From assembly GCF_009914755.1 (NCBI RefSeq), contig NC_060932.1: a DNA stretch of 64,000 nt. The stretch is one strand, 5' to 3'. This stretch comes from the human T2T-CHM13v2.0 reference genome, Homo sapiens. Below the pieces are notes generated by a model that was given only the letters and a program-made list of their open reading frames with translations, had not been told where the DNA came from and searched no databases. The translations under genes and the position numbers were made by a program. Below, in pieces: positions 13,875-28,125 of the stretch (position 1 is the stretch's first letter; every line of letters starts with the position of its first letter).

Positions 13875-14280
13875 TGTTTATAAGATTTGAAGACTTTTGA
13901 TGGTGGACACTTACAGGAGTTGTGTCGGGGACTGAGTGAGTAACTGCAAGCTACAGGGGGCAGCTTACGTATGGCACACAGGGTGGGGCTAGCTTGGTTT
14001 CATAGGCTCTCTGTGGATTGGATGATTTAAATAATTTTGGTGGGCCCTGGGGTTTAGGGACTGTCCCTAGTTGTTTGGTGCTAGGTCCCAGGGCAGATTA
14101 GGGCAGATGTGAGTGTGAGAGCATGATAAGGAAAGTCTTCAAGGTGTGGAATTACTCAACTGCTGGAGAAAGGGAATTTATCAGCCTTTAGCCAGGGCCT
14201 CAAACTGGGTCAAGACAGCACAATTACAAAAAAAAAGAAAAAAAAAAACAGAATAAGAAAGAAAAGAAAACCCTATATTG
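13875..14280 (-). mobile_element. 5' LTR of provirus (LTR53/MER88/MER54-like)
   Basis: Diverged copy of the 8655-9136 LTR with an internal deletion; adjacent to the PBS; outer boundary uncertain (14222-14285). Confidence 0.8.
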
Positions 14281-14406
14281 TAGACTAAGAGACTATTTCT
14301 GTGCATAAATACCCTCATAAACATTACAAACCAAAAGATGGAGGTAATCACCAAGAGCCAGCATTGGTTCATTAAGAATGAATGATGCAAATTTTGTGTT
14401 TTAGAT

Positions 14407-14934
14407 CAGGAGTCCCCTGATCTAACAGGTCACAGTACAGGTCCCTAGCCTGTTAGGAACAGGGCTGTACAGCAGGAGGTGAGCAGCAGGCCAGCGAGGG
14501 AAGCTTCATCTGTATTTACAGCTGCTCCCCATCACTCACATTAATGCCTGAGATCTACTTCATGTCAGATCAGCAGTGGCATTAGGTTCTCATAGGAGTA
14601 TGAACTCTATTGAGAACTGTGCATGCAAGAGATCTAGTTTGTGTGCTCCTTATGAGAATCTAATGCCTGATGATCTGTCACTGTCTCTCCGCACCCCCAG
14701 ATGGAACCTTCTAGTTGCAGGAAATCAAGCTCAGGGCTCCCACTGATTCTACATTACAGTGAGTTGTACAATTATTTCATTATATATTACAATGTAATAA
14801 TAATAGAAATAAAGTGCACAATAAATGTAATCCGCTTGAATCATCCCAAAATTATTCCCACCCCCACGTCGGTCTGTGGAAAAATTATCTTCCATGAAAC
14901 TGGTCCCTGGTGCCAAAAAGGTTGAGGATCCCTG
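14407..14934 (+). mobile_element. MER1A (hAT-Charlie non-autonomous element)
   Basis: 528 bp, cagg...cctg termini, perfect 8-bp TSD ttttagat (14399-14406, 14935-14942). Confidence 0.92.
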
Positions 14935-15479
14935 TTTTAGATTACCATGTACTCTCTTGTGAGCTAGTGAGTTTCCTGCCCTTCAAATTACATTAGAAAA
15001 AGCTAAAAGATTACTAGTTACAAGTAACACTTGTAATGTAATATGCTATTTGTACATCAATTTCACATACTTTATTTCACAATTTTCTTTCTAAGCCAGA
15101 TTCACAGTAAATTCAGTGACCACATTTTAAACTTATTCCTTTGTAATTCCACAGACATTTATTGAAAATTAAAGATGTGCCAGTCAGGAAACAAGTGTTG
15201 GTACAAAAATATGTCAATTCATTAAAATTAAGTAAGACATAGCTATATAGAACAACATAGCTCATTTTGAAAATACATGCAAACAAAAAGATACATATGG
15301 TTGCATTATAATGGATACTTGTGCAGGGGAGAAAAATGGGAGATGGTTATGGGGATACAGAAAAGAATAAGTTAAAAAGTAATATAAAAAAGGGGGAAAA
15401 GAAGAAAGGGACTTTCACAGAAATAATGGCAATTTCCCCTGAACTGAGAGATGTGATTAACTTGACCTTCTGCACCTGC

Positions 15480-16070
15480 AGAAAGTACATAAATAAAGGA
15501 ATAAAACATAGTCCCTGTCCTCAAGAAACTCACAGCCTGGTAGGCAGACATAGGTAGAGACATGTGATTGTAACACATGATTAATTCGATAAGCACAGAA
15601 TGTTTAAAGTGGGTACCTTAGACAGGCTTCAGGTGCTTGGGGTAGGAGGCTCTTGTCAGGAGAGATTTCTCTGGACAGGTACTAGTTAACCAGGTGAAAT
15701 GGTGCAAAGGCAATCCCAGGCAGAATATAGGCTATGCAAAAGCACAGTTGAGAGAAAGAGAATGATTTGGAAAATTACAACTTTGAGAGACTAATGTTGT
15801 TGTCATGTTTATTCATTCAAAATTATGTATTAAGCACTTACTATGTACCCAAGTACTTAACATGTGCAAATTGAGGTTCAGAGGGTTTGTATTTTGCTTA
15901 CACAGAGGTAGAATGAACTGGAGCTAGGACTCAGGCCCAGGCCTTCAGACTTCACAAATATTGTGTGCTCTTTCCCCTCAGGCCCCCTTCCACGAATGCT
16001 AGAGAAAGAATTTATTGAATTAGATAGAGAGTTGGACTAGATGACCTGCAAGCTTTGAGACTATGTTCAA
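15480..16070 (-). mobile_element. L2/MIR relic cluster
   Basis: gtccctgtcctcaagaaactcacagcctggtaggcagaca; attcattcaaa...taagcacttactatgt; boundaries approximate. Confidence 0.5.
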
Positions 16071-17075
16071 TGAATAACATCACTAGAGTGCTTTGACTTT
16101 GCAAATAATGCTTTGATGGTTTCTGACACTCTTGGATGGCCCATTTATGACACCTGTCTGCAGACACTTTAAAGATAGAGCAGTTGTTCTAAAAAGTTTC
16201 TGAAATAACTGTGCAGTGAGTATCAACTTCAAACATGCACAGGGAATGTTTTAATATCCTGTTCTTATGTAAATGCCAGGACCAGGCTGGCTGAAGGTCA
16301 CTAGAGAGGACACAAGCTAGGCTGAGAGAATTTGACCTGGGCAATATTTGAGAGCCATAGACAACTGCACTTGTTAGGGGTAATGACAATGCATTGGTTT
16401 AGGACTGAGGCAGACATTCAAAGGACAGGAAAAGCTTCAACATCAAGACAGTAGGAGTCTTGATGTTGGAGATTATTGATCCATTTGTCACCAAAAATAA
16501 AAAAGGACCCTGACTCAATCCAATGATTTTTTTCCATATATTTTAGTGATTTCCCTGTTGATTTCTTAAAGGGAATGTGTGTGCTCACTAAAATGCATCT
16601 TTATATAAATGTATTTATATTTTAGGACACAAGTTTAGATATATGCTCAATGAAGTCTCTCTAAACTTCTTCAGAGGTTAGCAGGAATAGGCAACCAGCA
16701 CACAGAAAATTTAATCCATAAATAATTATAATGCAATCATGTTAACTTCAAGTTCTCTTCTTTTTAAAAATAATACCTGCAAAGCTATTTTCTTCTACTC
16801 TTTGCAGCTTTTAACAACAAACCGAAAGCCAGGTAGAAACCACAGAGGAAGAAACAGAGAATCTAAATAATTTGCAAACTGTATGTTCAGCTTTTACTTT
16901 AGTCTAAAGTTGGTTATAAATACCCAGAAGGTGATTTATCCTACTTTTTTTGTAATTATAATGCTTTAAATATGTGTTATTATGCAAACATATTAAAGAC
17001 TTTAGTGTGATTTTCTGAATTAGTTCTGAAGTTAGAGTGTCACTAAAGCTAAGCATCCTTCTTCTGTAAGAAAAC

Positions 17076-17106
<31 letters not shown>

Positions 17107-17719
17107 CACCTCCAAAACTAAATATGTTCTCCATAAATCTCAGAGGAAAGGAAGAGGTGAAAGTTGATTACCCTAAATCATCATCTCAAAAGCTGCCAAG
17201 TCTGCAAATGTACAATCAGTCTTGCTCTTGGGCTCAGTGCCATGACTTGATAGAATTCACACTAGGCTCTGATCTCAGATTTTAACTGACCATTTGGAAC
17301 TATCACTCAGAACTCAGGACTCTGAAGCTAGGGTCTAAAAATCTTTATCAGCAATGATGGCATTTCTCTCGGCAGACAAGTGACTCCACCTGAAATTTAA
17401 GTCTGGCTTAAGGCTATATTTAATGTCCAGTATCATATCATCATCACTGGCTTTCTCTGACTACCTTGCCTTTTGGGAAATGTGATCATATTTTTATATA
17501 ACACTGAGTTTGCTTCTGACAAAAGAGAGACAGGTGAAAAGGATCAGCCAAATCTTTTAGAAGATAAATAATAAATTAAAGCAACCTAAGATAAACAATA
17601 TGGTGAAAATGTTCCTCTTTTATATACACAATTTTACATTTTTAGTTATTTTATTCATTGGTAACATGTTGAGAAATATTAATTATTGGGAGCCCTGCTA
17701 TGTGATAGCAAGTCATCTG

Positions 17720-17931
17720 CTAAAGTAACAAGCTCAACCATGGACTAGCTGTGGTTGTGGACCATTGACAAAGCTCCCACTGCCTCTCACATTTAGTTTC
17801 CTTATCTGTAAAGTAGTGACTATAAACAGCAACTGCATTAGGTGCTTGTGAGGCTTCAGTAATATAATGTTTTAAAGTACTAACACAACACTTAGAACCT
17901 AGCAAGTTCTCAATAAACTGTGGCTACTATT
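17720..17931 (+). mobile_element. MIR
   Basis: tagtttccttatctgtaaag core and caataaactgtggctactat 3' end. Confidence 0.7.
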
Positions 17932-18364
17932 TTTTTTTAAATATAAAGACTTTGTACGTTTGCATGCATGACTTTTGTGCTTCACTAGTTTTTCTGTCTC
18001 AAGTATTTGATGAAGAATGGCAGTTTTTCACAATCACAATTTTGAGGCCAGAGTCCATTTAAAGATTAAAGAACTCCTACAAATTTTCATTTTGTTCGTA
18101 AATTTGGTGATTCTCACATAATTCTTTCCTTACCTTCAACAAAATCTCCTGAAATCTGATATAATACATGTTAATAAGACACTATATATTTCTAGTTTAA
18201 GTAATTTAGAACAATTATAATTGTAACTATTACCATAAATATGCATATTATGGAATATTCATGTTAAATTCTTCAATAGCCTTTTTTATAAAATTTCTTT
18301 TAGACTTTCAAGAGTTTAGTGGCAGATAAAAAGATTATGTGGCCAGGAACTGATCAACTTGCTC

Positions 18365-18671
18365 TTTCCTTTTTTATTTTTATTTTTGAGATGGAGTCTC
18401 GCCCTGTTGTCTAGCTGGAGTGCAGTGGCACCATCTTGGCTCACCGCAGCCTGCCTCCTGGGTTCAAGTGATTCTCCTACCTCAGCCTCCCCAGTAGCTG
18501 GGATTACAGGCGCCGGCCACCACACCTGGCTAATTTTTTGTATTTTTTAGTAGAGATGGGGTTTTGCCCTGTTGGCCACGCTGGTCTTGAACTCCTGACT
18601 ACAGGTAATCCACCACCCCCCTCAGCCTCCCAGAGTGTTGAGATTACAGGCGTGGGCCCCCGCGCCCGGCC
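18365..18671 (-). mobile_element. AluS
   Basis: Reverse-complement Alu; TSD caacttgctc on both sides. Confidence 0.93.
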
Positions 18672-19212
18672 AACTTGCTCGCCCCTTTCTGAAAATCAGA
18701 ACTATGCAGCAGATCATAATTTCCTTTCTGGCCCTGGCTTCCATTTGTCCATTCTGTAAATGTATGGTTTTATATCTAGACTCTCAATTCTATTTATTTG
18801 GTATAGATGTCTATTCTTGTAGCAGTATCACACTATTTTCATTACCATTTCTTCATAGACCGTTTTAAAATCAGGAAGTATGCTGATTTCTTCTTGAAAC
18901 AAACAGATTTTTAAGGCTCAACATTGTTGTAGATTATTTTCCTTCAACTCTAAATAACATCACATACCCTTGACCGAAGTACAGCATCCTCAATTAGACA
19001 ATGTCATCTGTCAGAATGTGTGTAGTATGTAGCTTTCAAATGAATGTCCATGGACTCAGATAATAAAACAATTCAGTAATGTAGCAGGATATAAAATTAA
19101 TATGTAGAAATAGCATTTATATACAAAATAAAAATAGCCAGCTAAAAGATAAAATGATACAGAAAACTTCATTTACATAGCAAAGGAAGATAAATACTTA
19201 AAACTGAACAGA

Positions 19213-19559
<347 letters not shown>

Positions 19560-19880
19560 TCAATCATAAAGATGTCATTTCTCTCTACGGTAGTTTATAA
19601 CTTTAATGCAATCTTAAAACCAGAATAGCCAGTAAAATACTGGAAAAAAAAAGCTATGAGGAGACTTTCTTTACCATCTATTAAAACATGCTAGAAAGCC
19701 TCTGTAATTAGCACCGTGTGGTACTGTCACATGAGTAGGCAGACAGACTAGTGAAATAGAATAAAAAGTCTAGAAATAGATCAAAATAAATATGGAAATT
19801 TACTATTAATGAAAGTAATGTCTCAAATTACTGGACTAAAGATAGACTTTTAAATAAATTGCTGGGAAAAGAAGAAAGTT

Positions 19881-20200
19881 GGCTAGGTGCAGTGGCTCAT
19901 GCCTGTAATCCCAGCACTTTGAGAGGCAAGGCAGGCAGATCACCTGAGCCCAGAAGTTTGAGACCGGCAAGTTTGGGCAACATGGCGAAGCCCTGTCTTT
20001 ACCAAAAATGCAAAGAATTAGCTGGGTGTGGTGGCATGCGCCTGTAGTCCCATCTACTCTGGAGGCGAGGGTGGGAGGATCGCTAGAGCCAAAAGGTTGA
20101 GGTTGCACTGAGCCGAGATCATGCCACTGAACTCCAGCCTGGGCTACAGAGTGAGACCTTGTCTCAAAAAAAAAATAAATAAATAAAATAAATTTTTAAA
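19881..20200 (+). mobile_element. AluJ
   Basis: J-type gggaggatcgctagagcc, gagaccttgtctc; diverged. Confidence 0.9.
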
Positions 20201-21267
20201 AAAGAGTTAAGTCTTTTGACAAAAGACACAGTCAGATCATTTCCTCACCTCTCACACATGAAAAACAGAAAAAAAGAAAGAATCCGTGAAAGTACTAAAG
20301 GATGGATGAATTCTTCTATAATCTAGGTATAGGAAAACACTTTTAAACTATGATTAAGAATCCATATTCAAAAGAAAAGATTGATGAATTCGACTGCATA
20401 AAAATTCTGTCAAGGCAAAAACACCTTAAGTTAATTGTACAAAAACCAAATAGCAAATTGGAAGAAATACGGATGTCAATAAAAATAAAGCAACTTGAGT
20501 GGGAAATTATGGAAGCAAATTCTTATTTTTTTTAATGTACCTACCACCTCTTTAGAATCTTTTGTCTTAAGTTTGGCTCACCTCAACATGATTACTCTGA
20601 CACATGCTTGCAGCATTTGTATGTCAGGTTATTTTATAGGACTATAGGAATTTCTGTCTGACAATTGCCCTCTCTCAAAGTCTTCTTAGAAATCAGTGCT
20701 GTGCCTCTCCAATAGGAAGCTGAGAGCACCAGCCCACCCTGGGCTTTTTTCTTACCAATCAGGTTTCTTTCTCTTCTTCCTGAAAAGCCATTGTTCCTTC
20801 TCTCCTTCTAATGCTTTCTTCACATACAGTCTCTCCTCGGGGGAAGAAGAAAAGATGAGTGTGAATAAGGAATATAATTTGTAAGATAAATATGCATATA
20901 TTAAGTTATGAGATGATATAAACAAACAGCTTCATATTACTTTTAGATATAAAAAAGTAAAATATGAATATAAATTCTTATTAAAAATAAAATGATCATA
21001 TGTGAAATCATACATATTTAAGTGTGTACTTCATTCTGAATTGAATTAAGTTTATGTTTCCTATATAATATGAAAATAATATTTTATATTTAACACCAGA
21101 GCTATATTTCCTCATTTAATTCACTATAATTATGAAAAAACAACCACAATAAAGCAACATATATTCTTGAATTTATAAATAATAAAACTTGTATTCTTTG
21201 ATCAGTTGAATAGCAATTGAATTGAAGGGCGATTAGGGAAGTTTCAGGAATTAAAGTTGTGTGTTTT

Positions 21268-21588
<321 letters not shown>

Positions 21589-22774
21589 TGAATTCAATTT
21601 TTTTAAAATGTGCTATATTTGGGAAAAATGACTTTATTATTTTCCAGAACTTTTTTGCATAATAGTTTATTTTTATTCATTTTCCCATTATTGGTTGAGG
21701 AAAATGAAACTTCGCTTTGCTAATTTTGGATAGTTGCTAAGAACGTTTTTCCTTACCAAATTCAACTCAGTTTTGGCTTTAGTTTCCAGAACGCACATTA
21801 CCTACTGGGTGCCTCCTTGACAAGTTACTGAAGATGAAGCATACTAGTTCAAAATTTCAGTCTGTTTGCTCCTCTTTAAGTGAGATGCCATTAAAACAGT
21901 GATTTGAAAACTCACTCTACAGATTTTAAAATACTAATGTGGATTCTAGAACCTAGGCATACATGAAAATCTTATTATTTAAAATATGTTTGGGTCAGAA
22001 ACTAGCATTTCTGTTTATAACTTCTATTCAGGCAATTATTAAAAAATTAAAAAAACAAACCAAGCATCTCTTGGGTCTTTCCCTCCCTCTGAAACTCCCT
22101 CCTTCTACATATTCCTCCCTTCCTTTTGAATTGTTTCTGAGAGCAGAACTCTATTAATTAGATTTTGACACCTGGATGAGATCTTATTTTTCCAAAGTGT
22201 TTCTAAATATAATACATCTTAATTCCATAAGGAACACACACATTTGGGAACAAAAATCTCTTCTTTCCCCAGATTCAGTACCTCTTGTATCACAATGCCT
22301 GTTCACTTGTCCTGAAGTATCACTTCCTTGTTCATTAGTCTCTGAAGAAATGTACAGTTTTTTTCTTTGCCTACAAAATTAAGTCATCCACGCCTCAGCC
22401 TCATTGATTAGAAACTGATTAACTCAAAGATCTTTAAAGATAGAGCAATACAACGTTAGAACATGTCAGGAACACTCCTACATTTAGTGATGGGAGAACT
22501 CGAACCTAGGGTTGAATATATATATGTTAATCTTATTTCTTCTGACCATCACTACCTGTGGAGAAAGCTAAACATTTCTTATTGAATGACACCTAGAAAT
22601 TAGCTTGGAAGTTGAAGGACCAAGAATGTGGGCAAGATCAGCTTATACTACGCCAGGTACAGCAATGTTAATGGCTCAAATGGCTGCTAGGGGCAGTCAT
22701 GATTCTTGCAGCAGTGTTTCAGCAAACTGGAAGAGAGGAAGAAAATCACTTCATTCTGCTTGTCCTTTGAGAAT

Positions 22775-22945
22775 AATTGTGCTAAATTCTTTATGGATTA
22801 TCTCTTTTAATCTTTGCAACAAACTTATGGAGTAGATACTCTGATAGCCCTATTTTGTGCATAGTAAGGTTAAGCAGTTTGCCCAAATTAAACACTTAGA
22901 AAGTAATAGCATTGAATTCAAAGCAAGGCAGTCTGACTTGAGAGT
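22775..22945 (-). mobile_element. MIR
   Basis: ttatctcttttaatctttgcaacaaacttatgg...ggttaagcagtttgcccaa. Confidence 0.65.
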
Positions 22946-23559
22946 CAATTTCTACATGAATACTTTGTGTAGCTAGAGAAGGCCACAGAAGACCTCCCCC
23001 ACCAGGACAAGACATGGATTGGGCTAGAAAATGCATATGAGTTTCTGAAACTGGTCAGACTGAAGGCTCTGTCTCATATTTTCTCCTTTTGATGCCAAAC
23101 GGCCAAAAAGACAAATTTTAGACTCTTATTTTGCAAAGGATCTTAGAAATTGTCTAACAGACAGAGTCCCCGGGAGGCTTAACGATTAGTCAAAGTCACC
23201 AAACCAGTCAGTTGAAGAGCTAATATTGAAATGTCCATTTTGGGGACTTTCTTTTCACCATTTCACTGTAGTATACTTTACGTATCAAATGGGACAAGAA
23301 AATAATGTGCAGGAATAATTTTATGGGAGGTAACAAGAGTCAGTCTGGGTCAGCTGAGGAAGGAGAGTGAGTTACGAACATTACTTTGAAGAACAGGTGG
23401 ACTATTTACAAAAAAAAAAAATGTGGAGGGAGATTTCAAGCAAGAGAAAGCCCCTTTCATTCACTACTCTACTCAGCAAACTTATAATACAATCATTGAT
23501 ACCTTCTATGAATTTCCATTTATAGCATTATTTGCCTTTCTACTAAAAATGCTTTTATT

Positions 23560-24010
23560 CTGTCATTTCAAATCCTATCCTTTAAGGTCCACCTCAATGC
23601 TTTCTTCCATGAAACCCTGCATAGACCATTTTAACCCTAAATGTTTATTTTTTTTCTTACCTGAAATTCCCCCAACCCTCATGCTCAAAAATGCAGACCA
23701 TCATCTCATACATTACTACTCACCTTACAGTAGTTCCCCAATTGCACCATGTGTGAGCTTTCTGTAGTTCTCTCTTTACCTCTTTTGTTTCTCAAGATGT
23801 TTTTATTTATGTGTTCACAAACCATTTATTGTCTCAGGCACTGAGACACTCAGGTCCAAGTGCTCGATACATGAAGGTGAATCAGACCCTGAGTTGGTCC
23901 TCAATGAGGTGCAGAAAAGTGGAAGGGACAAGAATGCAAATACATTATTATAATTCAGTTATGGAAAAATTTATTGTGGAGCTCTGCTCTAGAGACAGCA
24001 AAGGGAACAA
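23560..24010. mobile_element. L2 fragments (both orientations)
   Basis: caaatcctatcctttaaggtccacctcaatgc...ccatgaaaccct; catttatt...caggcactg...tggtcctcaatgag. Confidence 0.5.
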
Positions 24011-25039
24011 ATAAAGAAGTTGTCAACTCTATTTTTCCTGTAACTCTATGCTTCATTTTAGGTTGGGATACAAGAAATATTTTTGATGCGAATGACTTAT
24101 AAAGTGAATATAACCATCTATTTATATGGGATCCCATGTAAATTCACCAAAGTATAATATTGGAAGGATTTTGACTATTGTTCATAAAATTACAAAATTT
24201 GTACTAGAAGACCTGCCAAAACCTGTACAATTTCTTTATTTCTCTAGTTTCAGTCCTCTGGAGTCTCTTTGTGACTGGTAGACTCTCAACAAGTCTCAAA
24301 GGTCGGTAAGCTTAGATATAGATTCCATAATTGGAAGGGGCAAAAATGAACTCTAACTCACTTCTGACCAGTCTTATAGATGGCTCTGCTCTTCCTAGAT
24401 AAATCAGAAGCAGAGACCACTAGCATAGTAAGAAGAGGGTGGTGAATCCATTAGGCATATTCAAAGTCAAATAGGGAGCGGGGGACAGAGTTCTTGGCCC
24501 ACAGTAAATGTTTAATAAGCGCTTGGTCAGTGAATGTCCTTATGGCATTTGCTCCTTAGAACTCTCTCCTGAGTTACGACTTTTTCAAAGGCTATCAGTC
24601 TTCTTAACCCACTGGCTTAGGAGTGTCAATGCGCAGAGGTTTAAGTTCTGTTCTACAGCAGCCTGCAGAGCATGCTCGCATGTTCTGGCACAGAGACCAG
24701 CTTTGTCCTCTAGGAAGCCTCCCGCATGGGGTATCATAGAGATTCGAGAAATCAGATTTGTAAAAAAGAGAAGGAAGCTGCCAGCCCTGGACAGGTTCCA
24801 GAGCCACCCACGGTTGGCTGTGGCCCAAAACCTGTATTGGGCATTCCACAATAGCACATTCAATAATAACACTATGAGGGTTAGGAAGGGAAGAGAGAGA
24901 TCAGCTAACTACACAGAAGTGTGTCCATAAATGGCCTGCAAACAGGCCCTTTTCTCTACCCTGGGATTATAGAGGCTCATGAAAAAGGAAAAAGTCATTT
25001 CAGATCCCTCTATTATTACTTATATCTATGTATATTCAA

Positions 25040-25460
25040 GCATTAGAAAATGATGCTAGTTCAGCAGAAAGGTGATATATTGAAGGAATATTGTGTAGCT
25101 CCCAAACCCTCTGGAAGTCTAAAGAACCAAACTCATAATAAAGGAAGAAACAGGACAGACTGGATGGCCAGAGCTGGTAGAGATGGACCCTGGCTGCCGC
25201 CACTGGCAATCCTGCCATGAGTGGCCCTCTGTTGCTGGTCACCATTACTGCCTGTTCTGAGACCACTCCCCTTTAATATTAGACTCTTCTGCTGCCAGAG
25301 TCACAACTGAAATGAATTCTGCACTGTCCCCTCTTGATTGCATCATTCACTCTAGGAATAATGTCTCAGATGAGACCTTTCTCTGGCTGAACATAGGTCC
25401 TCTAGCTACAGGGAGCTCAGAAAGGGAGTAGCACCCTCCCACCTCCTTCGTCTTTCAGAT
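25040..25460 (-). mobile_element. Old MaLR LTR (MLT1J/K-like)
   Basis: tggctgaacataggtcctctagctacagggagctcagaaagggagt pattern; boundaries approximate. Confidence 0.45.
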
Positions 25461-25514
25461 GAGATGCAGGGCTCCACTTTCTACTAGTCTTGATGTTTCT
25501 TCTCATACAAAAGT

Positions 25515-26155
25515 TGTCTGGATGCTGGTTATTAAGCAATTGTCTCTTTGCTCTCTGCTTAGTGGCACTGGGGCTGGGACTGTGTGAACCACATTCCTCC
25601 ATTGCCAATTGGCCCCCTGTCAGATTCTGCCAATAGGGGGCCACTAGAAGGAGATGAGAAGGCTAGGGGAGAGGGGAGAAACTTGTTCCTTCTTCATTTG
25701 CTCCATGTGCCTGTCAGGCTGTCCCCAGGAATGATTATTCACCCTGTCTGGGGCAGTCGATTCCAGTCTTGAGTTTCTTCCCATATTCCAAGAACCAACC
25801 TCATAATTGCCCACGTCCTACCCTGAGAGGCTAACTCCAATCAGCCCGTGCTCCATCTTCAGTGACCTGGGTCTTAGCTCGGTGGTGACTCCCTTAGGAG
25901 CTACTAACGCACCAGGGGGGCTGTCCTTTCTCCTAAGATGTCTGGGTTCCAACTCTACAGGGCCTTCTCCCTAAGCTTTCAGGTTCTCATAAGGCCAACC
26001 TCTTCCATTTGCTGCTCCAAGCACAGAGGTGGCAAATGCTTCCACAGTTACTATCTCTGTGTCACCTCAGTTGTACCTTTGCCTTCTTTAGACCCCAACA
26101 CCCATTTAACTAATTCTTATGTTACATTCTTCCTGTTAAAAAAATTAGTATGGTT
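25515..26155 (+). mobile_element. LTR50-like solo LTR (ERVL)
   Basis: ggatgctggttattaagcaattgtctct...gattctgccaatagggggccactagaaggaga resembles remembered LTR50/LTR41. Confidence 0.65.
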
Positions 26156-26249
26156 TTAAAATATTAGAGTTTGAATAATATAGCTTCCAAAATGACAAAT
26201 GTCCTCCACAGCACATATTTATAAATAATTTAATATTTCTGGAGCATAA

Positions 26250-27700
26250 AGTGTGAAAGTGACCTTGGCAAGTGATGAAGCTGGAGAGGCAGAGAAGGGC
26301 CAGATAATGGAGGACTCGCTTTCCTTCAAGCAGTGTGTGCTTTATTCCTTGGGTAGCAGAGGGCTAGCAAAGATTCCTGAATAAGAAATTGTCGATCAGG
26401 TTTGTTTGTTAGTGTACAACTGGCAGTGCATTAGGGGATGAATTGGGGAGGGTTGAGTTTAGAGAAAATCATAGGAGACAATTGCAATAGCACTAACACT
26501 ATTTGCCTTAGGCTGTTCCTGCTACTATAACAAAATATCTTAGACCAGGTAATAAAAATAATAGAAGTGTACTTTCTTATAGTTCCAGAGGCTAGAAAGT
26601 CCAAGATCAAGGTACCAGCAGATTTAATGTCTTGTGAGGGCCTGTTCCTCACAGAGAGTGCCTTTTCTGTGTCCTCTCATGACTGAAAAGGCTAACAGTT
26701 TTCTTGTACCTCATTTATAAGGTCATTAATCCCATTCCTGAAGGATCTACCTTCACACCTTAATCACCTCCTGAAGGCCCCACCTCTTAATACTATCACA
26801 TTGGCAATTAAATTGCAACATAGGAATTTTGAGTGGATACATTCAGACCATAGCATTACTGAAGCAAAAACACAACTGGTTTGAATGACAAGAAATCCGT
26901 TTATAAAGAAAGAGAATATTGGAGGAGGCACACACATATGGAGTTAAGATGAGGTGATCAGTTTGGGATGTGTGAAATTTGAAGTTCTTGTGAGACATAC
27001 TGGTGGATGTTTCTAAGAGACAGCTAGAGACATAAATTTGTGATTCTTTAGTATGTAAGTGGGAGTTGAAGTAATCTGATGAGATAATAGAGAGTTGAGG
27101 TGTCCTACCACCCATCAGTGGGGCTTGGGTGTGCTAGGCTGGAGTGTCAGCAATGCAGGTCAATCCTATAGGATCACAGCTAGGTCTAAGCAGCTGTCTT
27201 GGAAGCTTGAGGAGAAGAAAGAGCAAGAGGAGAAGAGTCTGTAACATAAATATATAGGAACCAGGAGAGCCAGGAGAGCCAAATCAATAGATGAGATCAA
27301 AGGGTAGGAGTGGGTAAAAATTGGGAAATAAGTCAAAATAAGCACTCGAAATAATGGGAAGAGAGCCAGAGCAAAGCTGAAAAGTGTTCATTAGGCTATG
27401 CTTTTAGTAGGTAACTGCTGACCTTACAGAACACAAATTCAGAGGAGTAGGGGTGCAAAAGTTTTAAAAAGTCAAAAACGGGTACAGAAAACTGGATGGT
27501 AAGGGAGCAAGTTGAGTTAACAGGATAGACCTACTGCTGCTATAGAGGAAAGAAGAGAGAAGGGAAGAGAGAGTTATGGCAGGGTGATAGGAGGCCTTTG
27601 TTTTGCTTCTTGTTTTCAGATGTAAGTGAAGTAAGCTTGTTTACCTGCTGAGAGGAAATAGATGAAAAGGAAATTGGTAAGACATAAAAAGTAAACTGTA
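26250..27700 (-). mobile_element. L2 relic interrupted by an MST/MLT1A LTR
   Basis: gaagctggagaggcagagaagggccagataatgg; gtttgggatgtgtgaaatttgaagttcttgtgagacatac...; boundaries approximate. Confidence 0.6.
26504..26855 (-). mobile_element. MSTD/MLT1A-like MaLR solo LTR
   Basis: aagtccaagatcaaggtaccagcagattt...ggccccacctcttaatactatcacattgg...acattcagaccatagca. Confidence 0.85.
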
Positions 27701-27772
27701 GAAAAGTATGTGTGTAAGATTGAGGTTCAGAGCTCAGATGGATGGATTATGTTTGGTTGGAGGAGAGCTGTG

Positions 27773-27774
<2 letters not shown>

Positions 27775-27806
<32 letters not shown>
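27775..27806 (+). repeat. (GT)16 microsatellite
   Basis: Perfect dinucleotide run. Confidence 0.95.
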
Positions 27807-27808
<2 letters not shown>

Positions 27809-28125
27809 CAAAGTGAAAGGAGATAATGCAAAGAGGCAAAGAGACAAGTAATTTTGCATCTAGGAGATGTCAAGCAGTTGAAGAGGCTCAAGTCTGTAGC
27901 CTCATTTTCTCTACAATCCCCATCTTGGATGGTAAATGGGTGGTAGGTAAGGTATGGAGATTGGGAAGATTGTGGTGAAGAACAAGAAGAGGTAAGAAAG
28001 GCAATAGAAGAGGATTTTTGTGTCTGATTAGAACATAGCCAAATTATTTTATGTGATTGCCAATTCTAACCTTCAGAGAAGAAAGTATTAGTGTTTGAGA
28101 GCAGAACGTTTTGAAGTCAACAAAT

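Noticed and set aside
24508-24930. 140-aa ORF in non-repeat sequence
   Set aside because: No recognisable domain or exon structure; similar ORFs overlap on the opposite strand; consistent with chance
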